Shown here one piece after another: positions 8,795-17,630 of a stretch of 24,909 nucleotides of DNA; the stretch's first letter is position 1, and each line of letters opens with the position of its first letter. The notes beneath the pieces are model-generated. The model was not told where the DNA came from. It saw nothing but the letters and a program-made list of their open reading frames with translations, and made no database searches. Origin of the DNA: a virus. Its lineage: Duplodnaviria > Caudoviricetes. Position numbers and translations under genes: made by a program. The stretch is from positions 1 through 24,909 of IMG/VR virus record IMGVR_UViG_3300037467_001292; one strand, 5' to 3'.

Positions 8795-8931
8795 TTTATA
8801 TTTCCTCCTTGGAATCTCGTTTTAATTTTTTATATTATTAAAACCCATACAGTGAAAAGTATGAGTAATAATAAGGTTATTTGTTTATTTTATTTATCCT
8901 TACATATATATGGTAACAAAAGCCAATAATT

Positions 8932-10545
8932 TTACGCGTTCTGTCCCACGACACTTCTACAGGCTTTGCAAATACCTTTTAAATTATCACTTTTAGAGGA
9001 ATCGGGAGAAAAGTGTCTTTCGCTTGCAATCTTAACTTCTCCACATTTAGTGCAAGTTTTATATGTCCCTTTAATCTTCTCAGTATATAACCAATCTTCA
9101 ACACTATCTAAATATGAATCACGTATCTTACTTGGAATAGTAGTATTAATTAAATTAGAGATTCTTCTTGTTGTCATATTTCCGACATTCAGTTCTCCAT
9201 ATTTCTCGCGTATCTGTGTCTGAGTATAATTATCAAACAGCATATCCAACACAAATTGTTCATCTTCGGTAAACTTAGTCTGTTCCAATAGGCCTTCAAA
9301 TGTTTTAATCAATGCCCACCAATCAGATTCGTGACTATCGTGATATTTATCTTTCAATTCCTTATATGTAAGTATTAAACCTTTATATGTATTTGGATCA
9401 CTCATGCGAATGTAGTTCTTACTTAACTCAATTTCTTCACCTTGTTCATTTGTGTAGAACGTATCTGAGTTAATATCAATCACTGTGCTTGTTTTCTCTA
9501 GTCGTTTAGGTACAACAACGACTGTCAGTAACTTTTTCGATAACTCCAAGTCTCCTTTTAACTCAGTGTACAATCTTCTAAGTTGAGATACATATTTCTT
9601 ACCTTTTTCATTTGTTAAATTTTCTATAAATTTTGCACGATTTTCACTGTTTTTTAGGTGAAAACCGATAATTTTACCCACATTTTGCACAGTTTTCTCT
9701 AATTGTTCAATTGAGTCTTTTCTAAATGTCTTCGAAAGTATAGATTTATTAAGGGATTCATCGTGCATATCAAAATCATAAAACGGAATTAAACTTTTTC
9801 TTACTGGACTAAACATAGAGTCCCAATATGTATCCGAAATGGAATCAGTCTTATAATTCCTTACCAATTTCTTAGTACGGTGCATCTGTTCTTCACTTGA
9901 AACAAAGTCTCCACCGGATTCTCTTGTTACTAAGTCATCTGTTGATTCAACTCGTTTATCTTCTTTACCGTTAATTTGCTCACGTATCAGTTTGTGGTGA
10001 TAACTTGATATTTGGCCAGCTAAATTTAATAATTCACTTTCATGATTCTCTGTACGTTGCCTCTTATTTACTTTCTCAGATTCATTAAGACTATGAGTTA
10101 ATGCTTCATAATAAACTTTATCTCTAAGATCTTTAAATTTAGCATGAGTTATGTATGTACTTAATCGTTCCATGAGTTTATCAAAGGCCATATTCTCTGA
10201 TAGGAAAGAAGTCTTCTTCTTAATTTGATTTTTCATCATTCGCTCAGTGGAAACAAGAGAGTAAATCCAACTGTTTTCTTCTATTAGTCTATTAACTAAT
10301 TCTGTTCGATCAGATGCAAACTCCAATTCGTAATCAAGTTTAGAAATAATGTTGTCGTAAATGTCCTTCAGACTCTTATCTGAGTGAGTTTGTTCAATGT
10401 GGGTAGTTATGGTATCAAAACGATAAAACCTATATGTATCGCCCTCACATTTGATTATATTATCATTCGATTTAAACTTATATGTATGTTTGTCAACTTG
10501 TGTTAGTTGATCTTTTAAATGTTCTATACTGCTAAGAATCGTCAT
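8932..10545 (-). CDS. Putative transcription factor with C-terminal sigma-70 region 4-like HTH and Zn finger
   Basis: FTEDEQFVLDMLFDNYTQTQIREKYG...TRRISN resembles a region-4 HTH; CTKC...CKAC at the C-terminus; AAGGAG RBS. Function is inferred. Confidence 0.5.
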   Translation of the reverse strand: MTILSSIEHLKDQLTQVDKHTYKFKSNDNIIKCEGDTYRFYRFDTITTHIEQTHSDKSLKDIYDNIISKLDYELEFASDRTELVNRLIEENSWIYSLVSTERMMKNQIKKKTSFLSENMAFDKLMERLSTYITHAKFKDLRDKVYYEALTHSLNESEKVNKRQRTENHESELLNLAGQISSYHHKLIREQINGKEDKRVESTDDLVTRESGGDFVSSEEQMHRTKKLVRNYKTDSISDTYWDSMFSPVRKSLIPFYDFDMHDESLNKSILSKTFRKDSIEQLEKTVQNVGKIIGFHLKNSENRAKFIENLTNEKGKKYVSQLRRLYTELKGDLELSKKLLTVVVVPKRLEKTSTVIDINSDTFYTNEQGEEIELSKNYIRMSDPNTYKGLILTYKELKDKYHDSHESDWWALIKTFEGLLEQTKFTEDEQFVLDMLFDNYTQTQIREKYGELNVGNMTTRRISNLINTTIPSKIRDSYLDSVEDWLYTEKIKGTYKTCTKCGEVKIASERHFSPDSSKSDNLKGICKACRSVVGQNA

Positions 10546-10582
10546 CTCATTCTCCTTCTCTCATATATGTATAATTTATGTA

Positions 10583-10780
10583 TTAACTCCCGAATTCTTC
10601 ATACTCCCTGATTTGCCTAACCAGTTGCTTTAATAGTTTACTATATCTTTCTTTAATATTAGATTCTTCTTCAATAAGAGAAAGATATAGTTCATATTCA
10701 GCGTCAGTTTCTTGATCATTCTCAACTTTATATGCTAAAAAATCGCGAATATCCGTTAAATTTAGTTTTTTCCTTGTCAT
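10583..10780 (-). CDS. Hypothetical protein
   Basis: AAGGAGGTG RBS then ATG 10780; downstream of a sigma-A promoter. Confidence 0.75.
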   Translation of the reverse strand: MTRKKLNLTDIRDFLAYKVENDQETDAEYELYLSLIEEESNIKERYSKLLKQLVRQIREYEEFGS

Positions 10781-10816
10781 TTTTATCACCTCCTTAATGA
10801 CTTGTTTTGTAATTTC

Positions 10817-10845
10817 ATTATATATGTTTATTTTATTTAATGCAA
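10817..10845 (-). promoter_or_regulatory. Sigma-A promoter (leftward)
   Basis: TTGCAT-17-TATAAT; the spacer contains the AATAAAATAAACA motif. Confidence 0.7.
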
Positions 10846-11060
10846 TAGGTTATTAAAATATTCTCAAAATTTATCAAAATATAATTCTATTTTTATCACA
10901 CATATAAATAAGAAGAGACTGGACTCATAAAATCAATTTAAATGTGTCTAGGGGTCTAATATGAGCGTTTGAAATAGAAGGGAGTATAAATGCATTCAGA
11001 TGATACAAAATAGGTAGAATAGGCTTATACAATGTTATAAATATTTATTTTATTTAATAG

Positions 11061-11090
11061 TTGTATATGAGTTAAATATACATATATAAT
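11061..11090 (+). promoter_or_regulatory. Sigma-A promoter for the Rep-like gene
   Basis: TTGTAT-18-TATAAT. Confidence 0.5.
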
Positions 11091-11128
11091 AGTAGCATAC
11101 ACTGAGAACAAAAGGAGGTTGAGAAGGG

Positions 11129-11785
11129 TTGACAGCTAAACAAAATAAATTATACATAAAATTACCGACTAGAATTGTTCGGAATGAAGATGAAACATTT
11201 TTATCAAATGGCGATTTCATCTTATACGCAAGATTAAGTTTCCTGTACTTCAGGAACTATGGAGATAAGATAATTGAAATAGATCATCGTAAGTTAATGA
11301 GATTTTGTAAGATGAATGATGCTAGGACATTTAGAAAACGACTGAAGAATTTATATGCTGCTGGCCTAATTGAAAATGAGATTAATAAATTACCAACAAA
11401 AGGGTCACTGCAAATTGTATTCAATGAGAAGATATATAATGAAGCTGAATCATTCACATTAATATCAGCAGAGTTATTTAATTATTATGAACTAGATCAA
11501 ATTGATGAGTATGCATTCAGGCAAGTTATATATTATAAGAGTCATATTAATATGAAGGATAAGAAGAGCGATAGAACATTTTGCTTTGTTGGATATGATA
11601 CGTTAACTAAACGATTAAAGATAGCAAAGAGGAAAGTCCAGGATGCAAATGAGCAGCTAATCAAAAATAAGTTGATCAATGTAAAGAAACATAAATTGGA
11701 AACGGAATATGCATATAATGAAGATGATGAGTTGATATTTGAACGTTTTAACAACCATTATTACGTGGCTCAATCCTTACATTAA
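11129..11785 (+). CDS. Tandem winged-helix protein, putative replication initiator
   Basis: Two similar wHTH-like halves (YIKLP...LYARL...LKNLYAAGLI; FTLI...CFVGYDTLTKRL...LIKNKLI); AAGGAGG RBS; iteron-like repeats follow. Confidence 0.6.
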   Translation: MTAKQNKLYIKLPTRIVRNEDETFLSNGDFILYARLSFLYFRNYGDKIIEIDHRKLMRFCKMNDARTFRKRLKNLYAAGLIENEINKLPTKGSLQIVFNEKIYNEAESFTLISAELFNYYELDQIDEYAFRQVIYYKSHINMKDKKSDRTFCFVGYDTLTKRLKIAKRKVQDANEQLIKNKLINVKKHKLETEYAYNEDDELIFERFNNHYYVAQSLH

Positions 11786-11794
11786 TTTAGCCAG

Positions 11795-11852
11795 GTTCCG
11801 TTTATGCAGAGCTGAGTTCCCAAAATGCAGAGGTGAAGTTCCCCTAGTGCAG
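11795..11852 (+). repeat. Three iteron-like direct repeats GTTCC-N5-TGCAG
   Basis: Starts at 11795, 11816 and 11838 (21-22 bp period), followed by an AT-rich AAGATA tract and the inverted repeat ATTTACAAA/TTTGTAAAT. Confidence 0.75.
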
Positions 11853-11958
11853 CATTAAGAGAACAGTATATAGTAATTACATAAGATAAAGATACATATA
11901 AGATACAGTATTAGCATTTACAAAACGAGTTTGTAAATTGTGGTGAAAATTTAAATTG

Positions 11959-11988
11959 ATCCTACCTATAATTGGGTGGGATTTTTTG
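11959..11988 (+). terminator. Rho-independent terminator
   Basis: ATCCTACCTA-TAAT-TGGGTGGGGAT followed by TTTTT. Confidence 0.65.
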
Positions 11989-11999
11989 TGTTTTTAATA

Positions 12000-13200
12000 A
12001 TGTAGTATTTACAATGGAATAATAGAATGTGTGATCAGGTGAAAATTGGATAATCTAATAATGGTAAGGGTTTATATAGTCACATGTGAAATTGGAGTTA
12101 TGTAAAACGTAGCCCCCGTATAGGTTTATATGGATTATTGGGTAGATTAGGATAGTTGTAGATGAGGTGAAATGGAGAGGATAGATGTAGACTATTAAAG
12201 TTGTGATGGATAAAGGGGAAAGTGTGGGAATGTATATGGTAAAAGGTAAAATTTGTAGAATTAGAATTAGGGAAAATGTAGGATTGGTAAGGAGTTGAAT
12301 AGTGAATGAGGATAGTTAAAATAAGGGTAAAGTTAGAATATATAGGGATATAGGGGATTTTACTTTTGGGATATTTTAGGTGGATTTGGTGTGTAAGTTA
12401 ACGATGGAAGTAGAAGTGCTATGGGGTAAATATGAGAAAAAATTCATCAATTTGATGTTAAGTTACCCCCTATATGACACATGAAAAACCCTGTAACTAC
12501 CTATATAATATCCATTATATACGGAGTTTGACGTAACTACTTCAATTCATACAAATTATGATCAACAACTTCAATAACTCAAAAAAATTACTCAAATTCA
12601 ATCAAAATTTTACAAGTTTAGACTATCACTCCTTGACCATGCAAGAATTTGCACACTTTTATAACATGGCGGAAAACTTCATAGTATTCTAATCAACTAT
12701 ACTACCATTCCAATATATTATACTCACTGTCCAATTTACATATATTCCAGCTAACACACTCATTCACATACCATATAATACAGTATCATACCACATACAA
12801 CCTAATCACATACCACCTTACAGCCTCATGCAGTCACGCTTAACCTATACTATACTTAACTACTATCATGTATCTGTCATTATGCTATCAATCTTATACA
12901 CTCTTACAAAATATAATAAACAATATAATAAATATAATAATATATATTATACATAGTACTATCATGTATGTATCATGCTTATATAGTCACATGGTATATA
13001 GTTCATGCTGCTATTGTATTGATCATATACATATCTATATATACATTCATACCTAATTATAATACTCATACAGTATCATTGTACTATTTTATCTAACTAT
13101 CTATCATACTGCAATGTACTACATACAGACATATACAACCTAATACAATACCTACAATGTACATAGTATATAGATACATATCATACATTATATAAGTAAG
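12000..13200. other. Non-coding strand-skew switch region (candidate packaging site, genome end or origin)
   Basis: G-rich/C-poor to about 12430, then C-rich/G-poor; GGGGTAA...TTACCCC inverted repeat at the switch (12423-12469). Confidence 0.5.
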
Positions 13201-13218
13201 TAATATATACATTAACTA

Positions 13219-13247
13219 TTGTATTAAGTATTCATATATGATACGAT
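13219..13247 (+). promoter_or_regulatory. Sigma-A promoter with extended -10
   Basis: TTGTAT-17-TACGAT with TG one base upstream of the -10. Confidence 0.5.
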
Positions 13248-13345
13248 AATGAGAGATATATACATTTATATATCTAAACAATATTGAAAGGAGGATAGAC
13301 ATACATAATATATACATATCAATACGAATAGAAGGAGGTAGTAAG

Positions 13346-13618
13346 ATGATTGATCAGAAACAAATAAGAGAGGACAACTATAATAGATTAGTTGAATACT
13401 TAAAGATTAATAGTATAAGAGTTAACAATGATCTGTTTAAGACTATTCTTTATGCTATCAATTCAGTAACCATTTATAATAAAACAATTCCAGCGGCTTT
13501 TAAATTATCAATTGATAAATATAATCTAGACTATGATCAATTCGCTACATTAAAGAGTGTACTATACAGAATGTTCAATAGTGATAGTACATTTAAAGAT
13601 ATCCAGGAAAGAGAATAA
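13346..13618 (+). CDS. Hypothetical protein
   Basis: 90 aa, AAGGAGGT RBS. Confidence 0.8.
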   Translation: MIDQKQIREDNYNRLVEYLKINSIRVNNDLFKTILYAINSVTIYNKTIPAAFKLSIDKYNLDYDQFATLKSVLYRMFNSDSTFKDIQERE

Positions 13619-13640
13619 AATATACAAAGGAGATAACATA

Positions 13641-14708
13641 TTGAATATTAATAATCTTAATGTTGGAATGGTAATAAAGAATTACAAAGAACTATGTAAT
13701 GTATTAGAAATAGAGATTAAAAAGGGAACTGATAGTAAGAAAGGACAACTAAAAGAATTAGAAAGATATTGTAAATATGTTCGATCTGGTCATTCTTTTA
13801 CAATTAAAGAAATATATGAGACTCCAATATCTAAAACAGATAATAGAGGTAAGAGTCTAGGAAGTAGAAAGAATAATACTGTTTATGGGGAATTAATTCA
13901 ATTCTTAATATTAGACTTATTAGTACAAGGTAAGAATAATGGTCATTTATCAATTGGAAGAAATAAGCTAATGAAAACAATTGGAATGGTAAACGAAAAT
14001 TATAGTTATGGCCATGATAATGTAAATAAAATATCTAAATATATAGATATAAATGAAAATGTAGTTTACGACTTTTATAATACTACAAACAGTAATTTTA
14101 AAAGTACGATTGATACAGCTTTAAAAAATTTATATGATAAAAGAATAATAAGCTATGATACTGTTACAAAGGTAAATGAAAGAAATAAAAGTAATGTTAG
14201 ACTTGCAACCGAACACGAAAGATCAACAATTTTAGAATGTGAAAAATTAATACTTCAAGAATTAGGATTCGATAAAGTATCAGAAATTAGAAATTCTATA
14301 TTCTGGAATACATTTAAATATGACGTTAAAAAATTAATACAAAGTAAACTAGATATAGAATATTATTTTATAGCTTATGACATTACAATAAATGAAAAGT
14401 TTATACTAGATGAAAGGAAACATCTTTTAGATTTTTTACTTGAAGACTTAAAAAGGAAAGAATATAAAGATACTCTAAATGGTACTATAATTTTAAAATT
14501 ATTAACCAATGCAACTAAAAGATATAAGACTGCATTCACATCGGGAAAGAAGTATAATTTTAGATTAAATAAAAAATATGTTGATGATATTAAACGATTA
14601 ATAAATATAGTTGTTGATCATCAAACAGGAAACGTTATAAATAGAATAATGAATATTGATAATGAATACATAGAACAAATAAACATTGATGAACTAATAC
14701 CATTTTAG
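13641..14708 (+). CDS. Hypothetical phage protein (KNYKELC...KGQLKELERY N-terminus), possibly DNA-binding
   Basis: AAAGGAGA RBS then TTG 13641; basic protein of 355 aa. Confidence 0.75.
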   Translation: MNINNLNVGMVIKNYKELCNVLEIEIKKGTDSKKGQLKELERYCKYVRSGHSFTIKEIYETPISKTDNRGKSLGSRKNNTVYGELIQFLILDLLVQGKNNGHLSIGRNKLMKTIGMVNENYSYGHDNVNKISKYIDINENVVYDFYNTTNSNFKSTIDTALKNLYDKRIISYDTVTKVNERNKSNVRLATEHERSTILECEKLILQELGFDKVSEIRNSIFWNTFKYDVKKLIQSKLDIEYYFIAYDITINEKFILDERKHLLDFLLEDLKRKEYKDTLNGTIILKLLTNATKRYKTAFTSGKKYNFRLNKKYVDDIKRLINIVVDHQTGNVINRIMNIDNEYIEQINIDELIPF

Positions 14709-14715
14709 AAAAAAC

Positions 14716-14772
14716 GACGGTTTTCAAACTAACAAAGTGTATCTCTTTACTTATAGTAGTTTGAAAACCGTC
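14716..14772. repeat. Perfect 16-bp inverted repeat with 25-nt spacer
   Basis: GACGGTTTTCAAACTA / TAGTTTGAAAACCGTC. Confidence 0.9.
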
Positions 14773-14791
14773 AAAAAAATAAAATATACAT

Positions 14792-14830
14792 AAAAGGTTG
14801 TATCATATTACATGATGCAGCTTTTTTACT
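14792..14830 (+). terminator. Rho-independent terminator (possibly bidirectional)
   Basis: AAAAGGTTGTATCAT-ATTTAC-ATGATGCAGCTTTTTT. Confidence 0.7.
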
Positions 14831-14964
14831 TTATCCTGTGAAAACATAAAACCTTTTTGTCTTATTTGCAAAAAGCGCAAATAATCCAATTCTTATAGTC
14901 ATATTAAAGGTTAATCAATCATATAATAAAGTATAAATAAAATAAACAAATTTAAATAAAACAC

Positions 14965-14993
14965 TTGTTTTATCAATAAGAATATTATATAAT
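14965..14993 (+). promoter_or_regulatory. Early sigma-A promoter
   Basis: TTGTTT-17-TATAAT followed by TAACTTA. Confidence 0.65.
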
Positions 14994-15040
14994 TAACTTA
15001 TCAAATAAAACAAAATAAACACTTAAAGGAGATAATAAAA

Positions 15041-15145
15041 ATGATCAAATTTAATTTATTTGAAAAATTATTTTATGGTTTAAGTAGTTTAGCTGCAATT
15101 GGATCTGTCATTTATACTTGTACTGTTTTAGTTTTATCAATGTAA
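15041..15145 (+). CDS. Small membrane peptide (34 aa)
   Basis: AAAGGAGA RBS; MIKFNLFEKLFYGLSSLAAIGSVIYTCTVLVLSM; not in the ORF track. Confidence 0.6.
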   Translation: MIKFNLFEKLFYGLSSLAAIGSVIYTCTVLVLSM

Positions 15146-15241
15146 CTTTATAAATAAAATAATCATAAACAAATGATTAAAATCATATAATAAACTATAA
15201 GAACAAAACAAAATAACTTAATACAAAGGAGATCAAAAAAC

Positions 15242-15538
15242 ATGAAAACATTTAAAAAGGTTGTATTATCAATTAGTGTATTATCTTCATTAGTATCATT
15301 TACAGGTTGTTCAAAGCAGCATGCAGCAGCTAAACAGGAATTAATCGTAAAAGAATATAAAGTTACTTCAATTGATCAAAATGGATATTATTCTAATGGT
15401 AAAAATGAAGGATTATTTTTTACAAAGGAAGATACTAAACTTAATATACATGTAGGTGACAAAATAAAAGCTACATTCACAAAGAAACAATTTAAAACTG
15501 GTGAAGGAGTAACAAAAATAGAATTAAATAATAAATAA
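15242..15538 (+). CDS. Lipoprotein
   Basis: Signal peptide MKTFKKVVLSISVLSSLVSFTG-C (lipobox); AAAGGAGA RBS. Confidence 0.75.
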   Translation: MKTFKKVVLSISVLSSLVSFTGCSKQHAAAKQELIVKEYKVTSIDQNGYYSNGKNEGLFFTKEDTKLNIHVGDKIKATFTKKQFKTGEGVTKIELNNK

Positions 15539-15568
15539 GATAACTTAATATAAAAGAGGTGAAAATAA

Positions 15569-15649
15569 ATGGAGTTGATCTTATTAACTGCTTTCTTAAT
15601 TTCTTTTACATTCTTTATGAGTCTACAAAAATTACTACTAACAAAATAA
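15569..15649 (+). CDS. Small hydrophobic peptide (26 aa)
   Basis: AAGAGGTG RBS; MELILLTAFLISFTFFMSLQKLLLTK. Confidence 0.5.
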   Translation: MELILLTAFLISFTFFMSLQKLLLTK

Positions 15650-15681
15650 TAAATATTTATAAATAAAATATACATAAAAAA

Positions 15682-15710
15682 TAGACAATGAACATATAAT
15701 ATAGTATAAT
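15682..15710 (+). promoter_or_regulatory. Early sigma-A promoter
   Basis: TAGACA-17-TATAAT followed by TAACTTA. Confidence 0.7.
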
Positions 15711-15752
15711 TAACTTAATCAAATAAAACGAATACAAAGGAGATTGATCAAT

Positions 15753-16043
15753 ATGAAATATTCTTTCTTATATTCACAAAATAGTGAGGTTGTAACAATT
15801 TTACCAGCTAATAAAAACATGAAAACTTATTCCAATATGCAAGAATTACTATTCGATGCTGAAACGTTAACAAATACAGATATATCATTTTATTCAATGA
15901 AGTTAACAGCTTCAGACGGCAACTACACACAAACAAGTGAATTAAAAAATTTTACTGGTGTAGAACTAGATCAATTAATAGAAAGTTTTGAAAGTGATAT
16001 GAAAGCATTTGGCCTTAAAACAAGTAAAATTGAATTAGTGTAA
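15753..16043 (+). CDS. Hypothetical protein
   Basis: AAAGGAGA RBS, ATG 15753. Confidence 0.75.
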   Translation: MKYSFLYSQNSEVVTILPANKNMKTYSNMQELLFDAETLTNTDISFYSMKLTASDGNYTQTSELKNFTGVELDQLIESFESDMKAFGLKTSKIELV

Positions 16044-16093
16044 AATCTAGCTTTTATTTAGAAAATAAAATAAACAAATAATTAAAATAAATC

Positions 16094-16122
16094 TTTACTT
16101 TATGTAAAAAATGAATTACAAT
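16094..16122 (+). promoter_or_regulatory. Early sigma-A promoter
   Basis: TTTACT-17-TACAAT followed by TAACTCA; near-copy of the 18218 promoter. Confidence 0.6.
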
Positions 16123-16163
16123 TAACTCAGCAAATAAATTAAATATAAAGGGGATCGATTTAA

Positions 16164-16334
16164 ATGATAGATACAATTAAAATTAGAATGAAATACTACA
16201 TTGACCTATTAAAAAATTCTGGTGAATGTGTAGTCTATAATAAAGAAATTGCGGAACAACTTGCAAAACAATATGACGCAAAAATTTTAAATGCAGCTCA
16301 TAATGGTTATTTAGTAACAACAAACATTAAATAA
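16164..16334 (+). CDS. Hypothetical protein (56 aa)
   Basis: AAGGGGA RBS; MIDTIKIRMKYY...; not in the ORF track. Confidence 0.65.
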   Translation: MIDTIKIRMKYYIDLLKNSGECVVYNKEIAEQLAKQYDAKILNAAHNGYLVTTNIK

Positions 16335-16355
16335 AATTATAAAGGAGTTTTTAAA

Positions 16356-16652
16356 ATGAAATATACAATAAAAGAATTAAGTTTTAATGAATTAGTAGAA
16401 TATAAAGTAAAAGTTAAACAAGGTAAAATCAAGGAATTAAATTTTGACCTAGACAATGAAACATTATTACAAACATTGAAACAAAATAAATTCTTCAGAC
16501 TGGTAAAAAGTATAACTTTAACTCACGAAGGAAAAAAAGGTTTTTTCGTAGCAGGTAAAAAAATGAGTGAATTTAATTTAAAAAGATTAGGAAATTTAAT
16601 TACATTTTCAATAGTTGAAGGAAAAACTTATTATATTGAAGTTTTAAACTAA
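16356..16652 (+). CDS. Hypothetical protein
   Basis: 98 aa, AAAGGAG RBS. Confidence 0.75.
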   Translation: MKYTIKELSFNELVEYKVKVKQGKIKELNFDLDNETLLQTLKQNKFFRLVKSITLTHEGKKGFFVAGKKMSEFNLKRLGNLITFSIVEGKTYYIEVLN

Positions 16653-16703
16653 ATAAAATTCAAATTTTAAACAAAATAAATTAAATATAAAGGGGTTTTA
16701 AAA

Positions 16704-16880
16704 ATGGGTAAATGTTTATTAGAAGTATATAACTACAAATTAAATAAATCTGAATGGGTTGAAGCTGAAGTAATAGGAGTATCACAAAGAATCGATTTAG
16801 ATCGTAACGGATACAATGTTAAACTATCAGACGGAAATATTTTTGAAGGATGTCATCCTGATTGTGTTAAATTTATTTAA
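16704..16880 (+). CDS. Hypothetical protein (58 aa)
   Basis: AAGGGG RBS; MGKCLLEVY...GCHPDCVKFI. Confidence 0.65.
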   Translation: MGKCLLEVYNYKLNKSEWVEAEVIGVSQRIDLDRNGYNVKLSDGNIFEGCHPDCVKFI

Positions 16881-16910
16881 AATTAAAAAAACATTTTAGG
16901 AGGGATGAAA

Positions 16911-17072
16911 GTGTCAGGCAATTGGAAAGTAAATTATATTGTTAGATATGAGGATGAACGAACTATCTATGAAGATGGATACAAAAAGAAAAAACACGCT
17001 AAAGAATATTATTTAGAAGCAATTGAAGAAGGTTATAAAAATGTAAAAATAATTAAAAAGAGACGTAAGTAA
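16911..17072 (+). CDS. Hypothetical basic protein (53 aa)
   Basis: AGGAGG RBS, GTG start. Confidence 0.6.
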   Translation: MSGNWKVNYIVRYEDERTIYEDGYKKKKHAKEYYLEAIEEGYKNVKIIKKRRK

Positions 17073-17212
17073 ATTCTATTTAAAATTGAACTTTTAAATA
17101 GTCTTAATAGCTTTAATTTACCTTTTAACCTATTCAAGTATTAAACATTGTATAAAGTCGCTTGAATAGGCCATAAAGAATAAATTAAACAAATACAAGG
17201 AGTGACTATATT

Positions 17213-17596
17213 ATGAATTGGTATCATGCAACTAGCACACAGAACGCAAAAAGTATTCTATTAAATGGATTCAATAAAGAAATAACAAACAATGCCAAAC
17301 GTTTTGGAAACGGCGTTTATTTTTCAAACGATATTGAAACAATTGGCCATTATGGAAATACTGTTATTGTTTCGGAATTAAATATTAATCCAATTACTTT
17401 TACAATTGATCAATGGAACAATGTAGAAAATACGCTATTAAGAAAATATGGTAACGAATATAGGGAACACATAGAAGAATATATTTACAATCTGGGATAT
17501 GATTCTTTAATTATTCAATGGTTAGATAATACAAAGGAAATAACGGTATTTAATCCAGATAATATTGATATTTGCAGCATAAAGAAAACAGCTTAA
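17213..17596 (+). CDS. ADP-ribosyltransferase (H-Y-E, PARP-like catalytic fold)
   Basis: WYHAT, FGNGVYFS, HYG, GYDSLI and EITVFNPDNI motifs. Confidence 0.75.
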   Translation: MNWYHATSTQNAKSILLNGFNKEITNNAKRFGNGVYFSNDIETIGHYGNTVIVSELNINPITFTIDQWNNVENTLLRKYGNEYREHIEEYIYNLGYDSLIIQWLDNTKEITVFNPDNIDICSIKKTA

Positions 17597-17630
17597 TTAA
17601 AATAAATTAACTATAAAGGAGTTTAAAAAA

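Noticed and set aside
1148-9223. Plus-strand ORFs at 1148, 3075, 4070, 6346, 8435, 8538 and 8966
   Set aside because: Antisense shadows of well-supported minus-strand genes, with no recognisable protein features.
11795-11852. CRISPR array
   Set aside because: Units are 21-22 bp with no spacers; they fit iterons.
12868-13056. 62-aa ORF
   Set aside because: Low-complexity Y/I/H product of TA/CA-rich DNA with no RBS.
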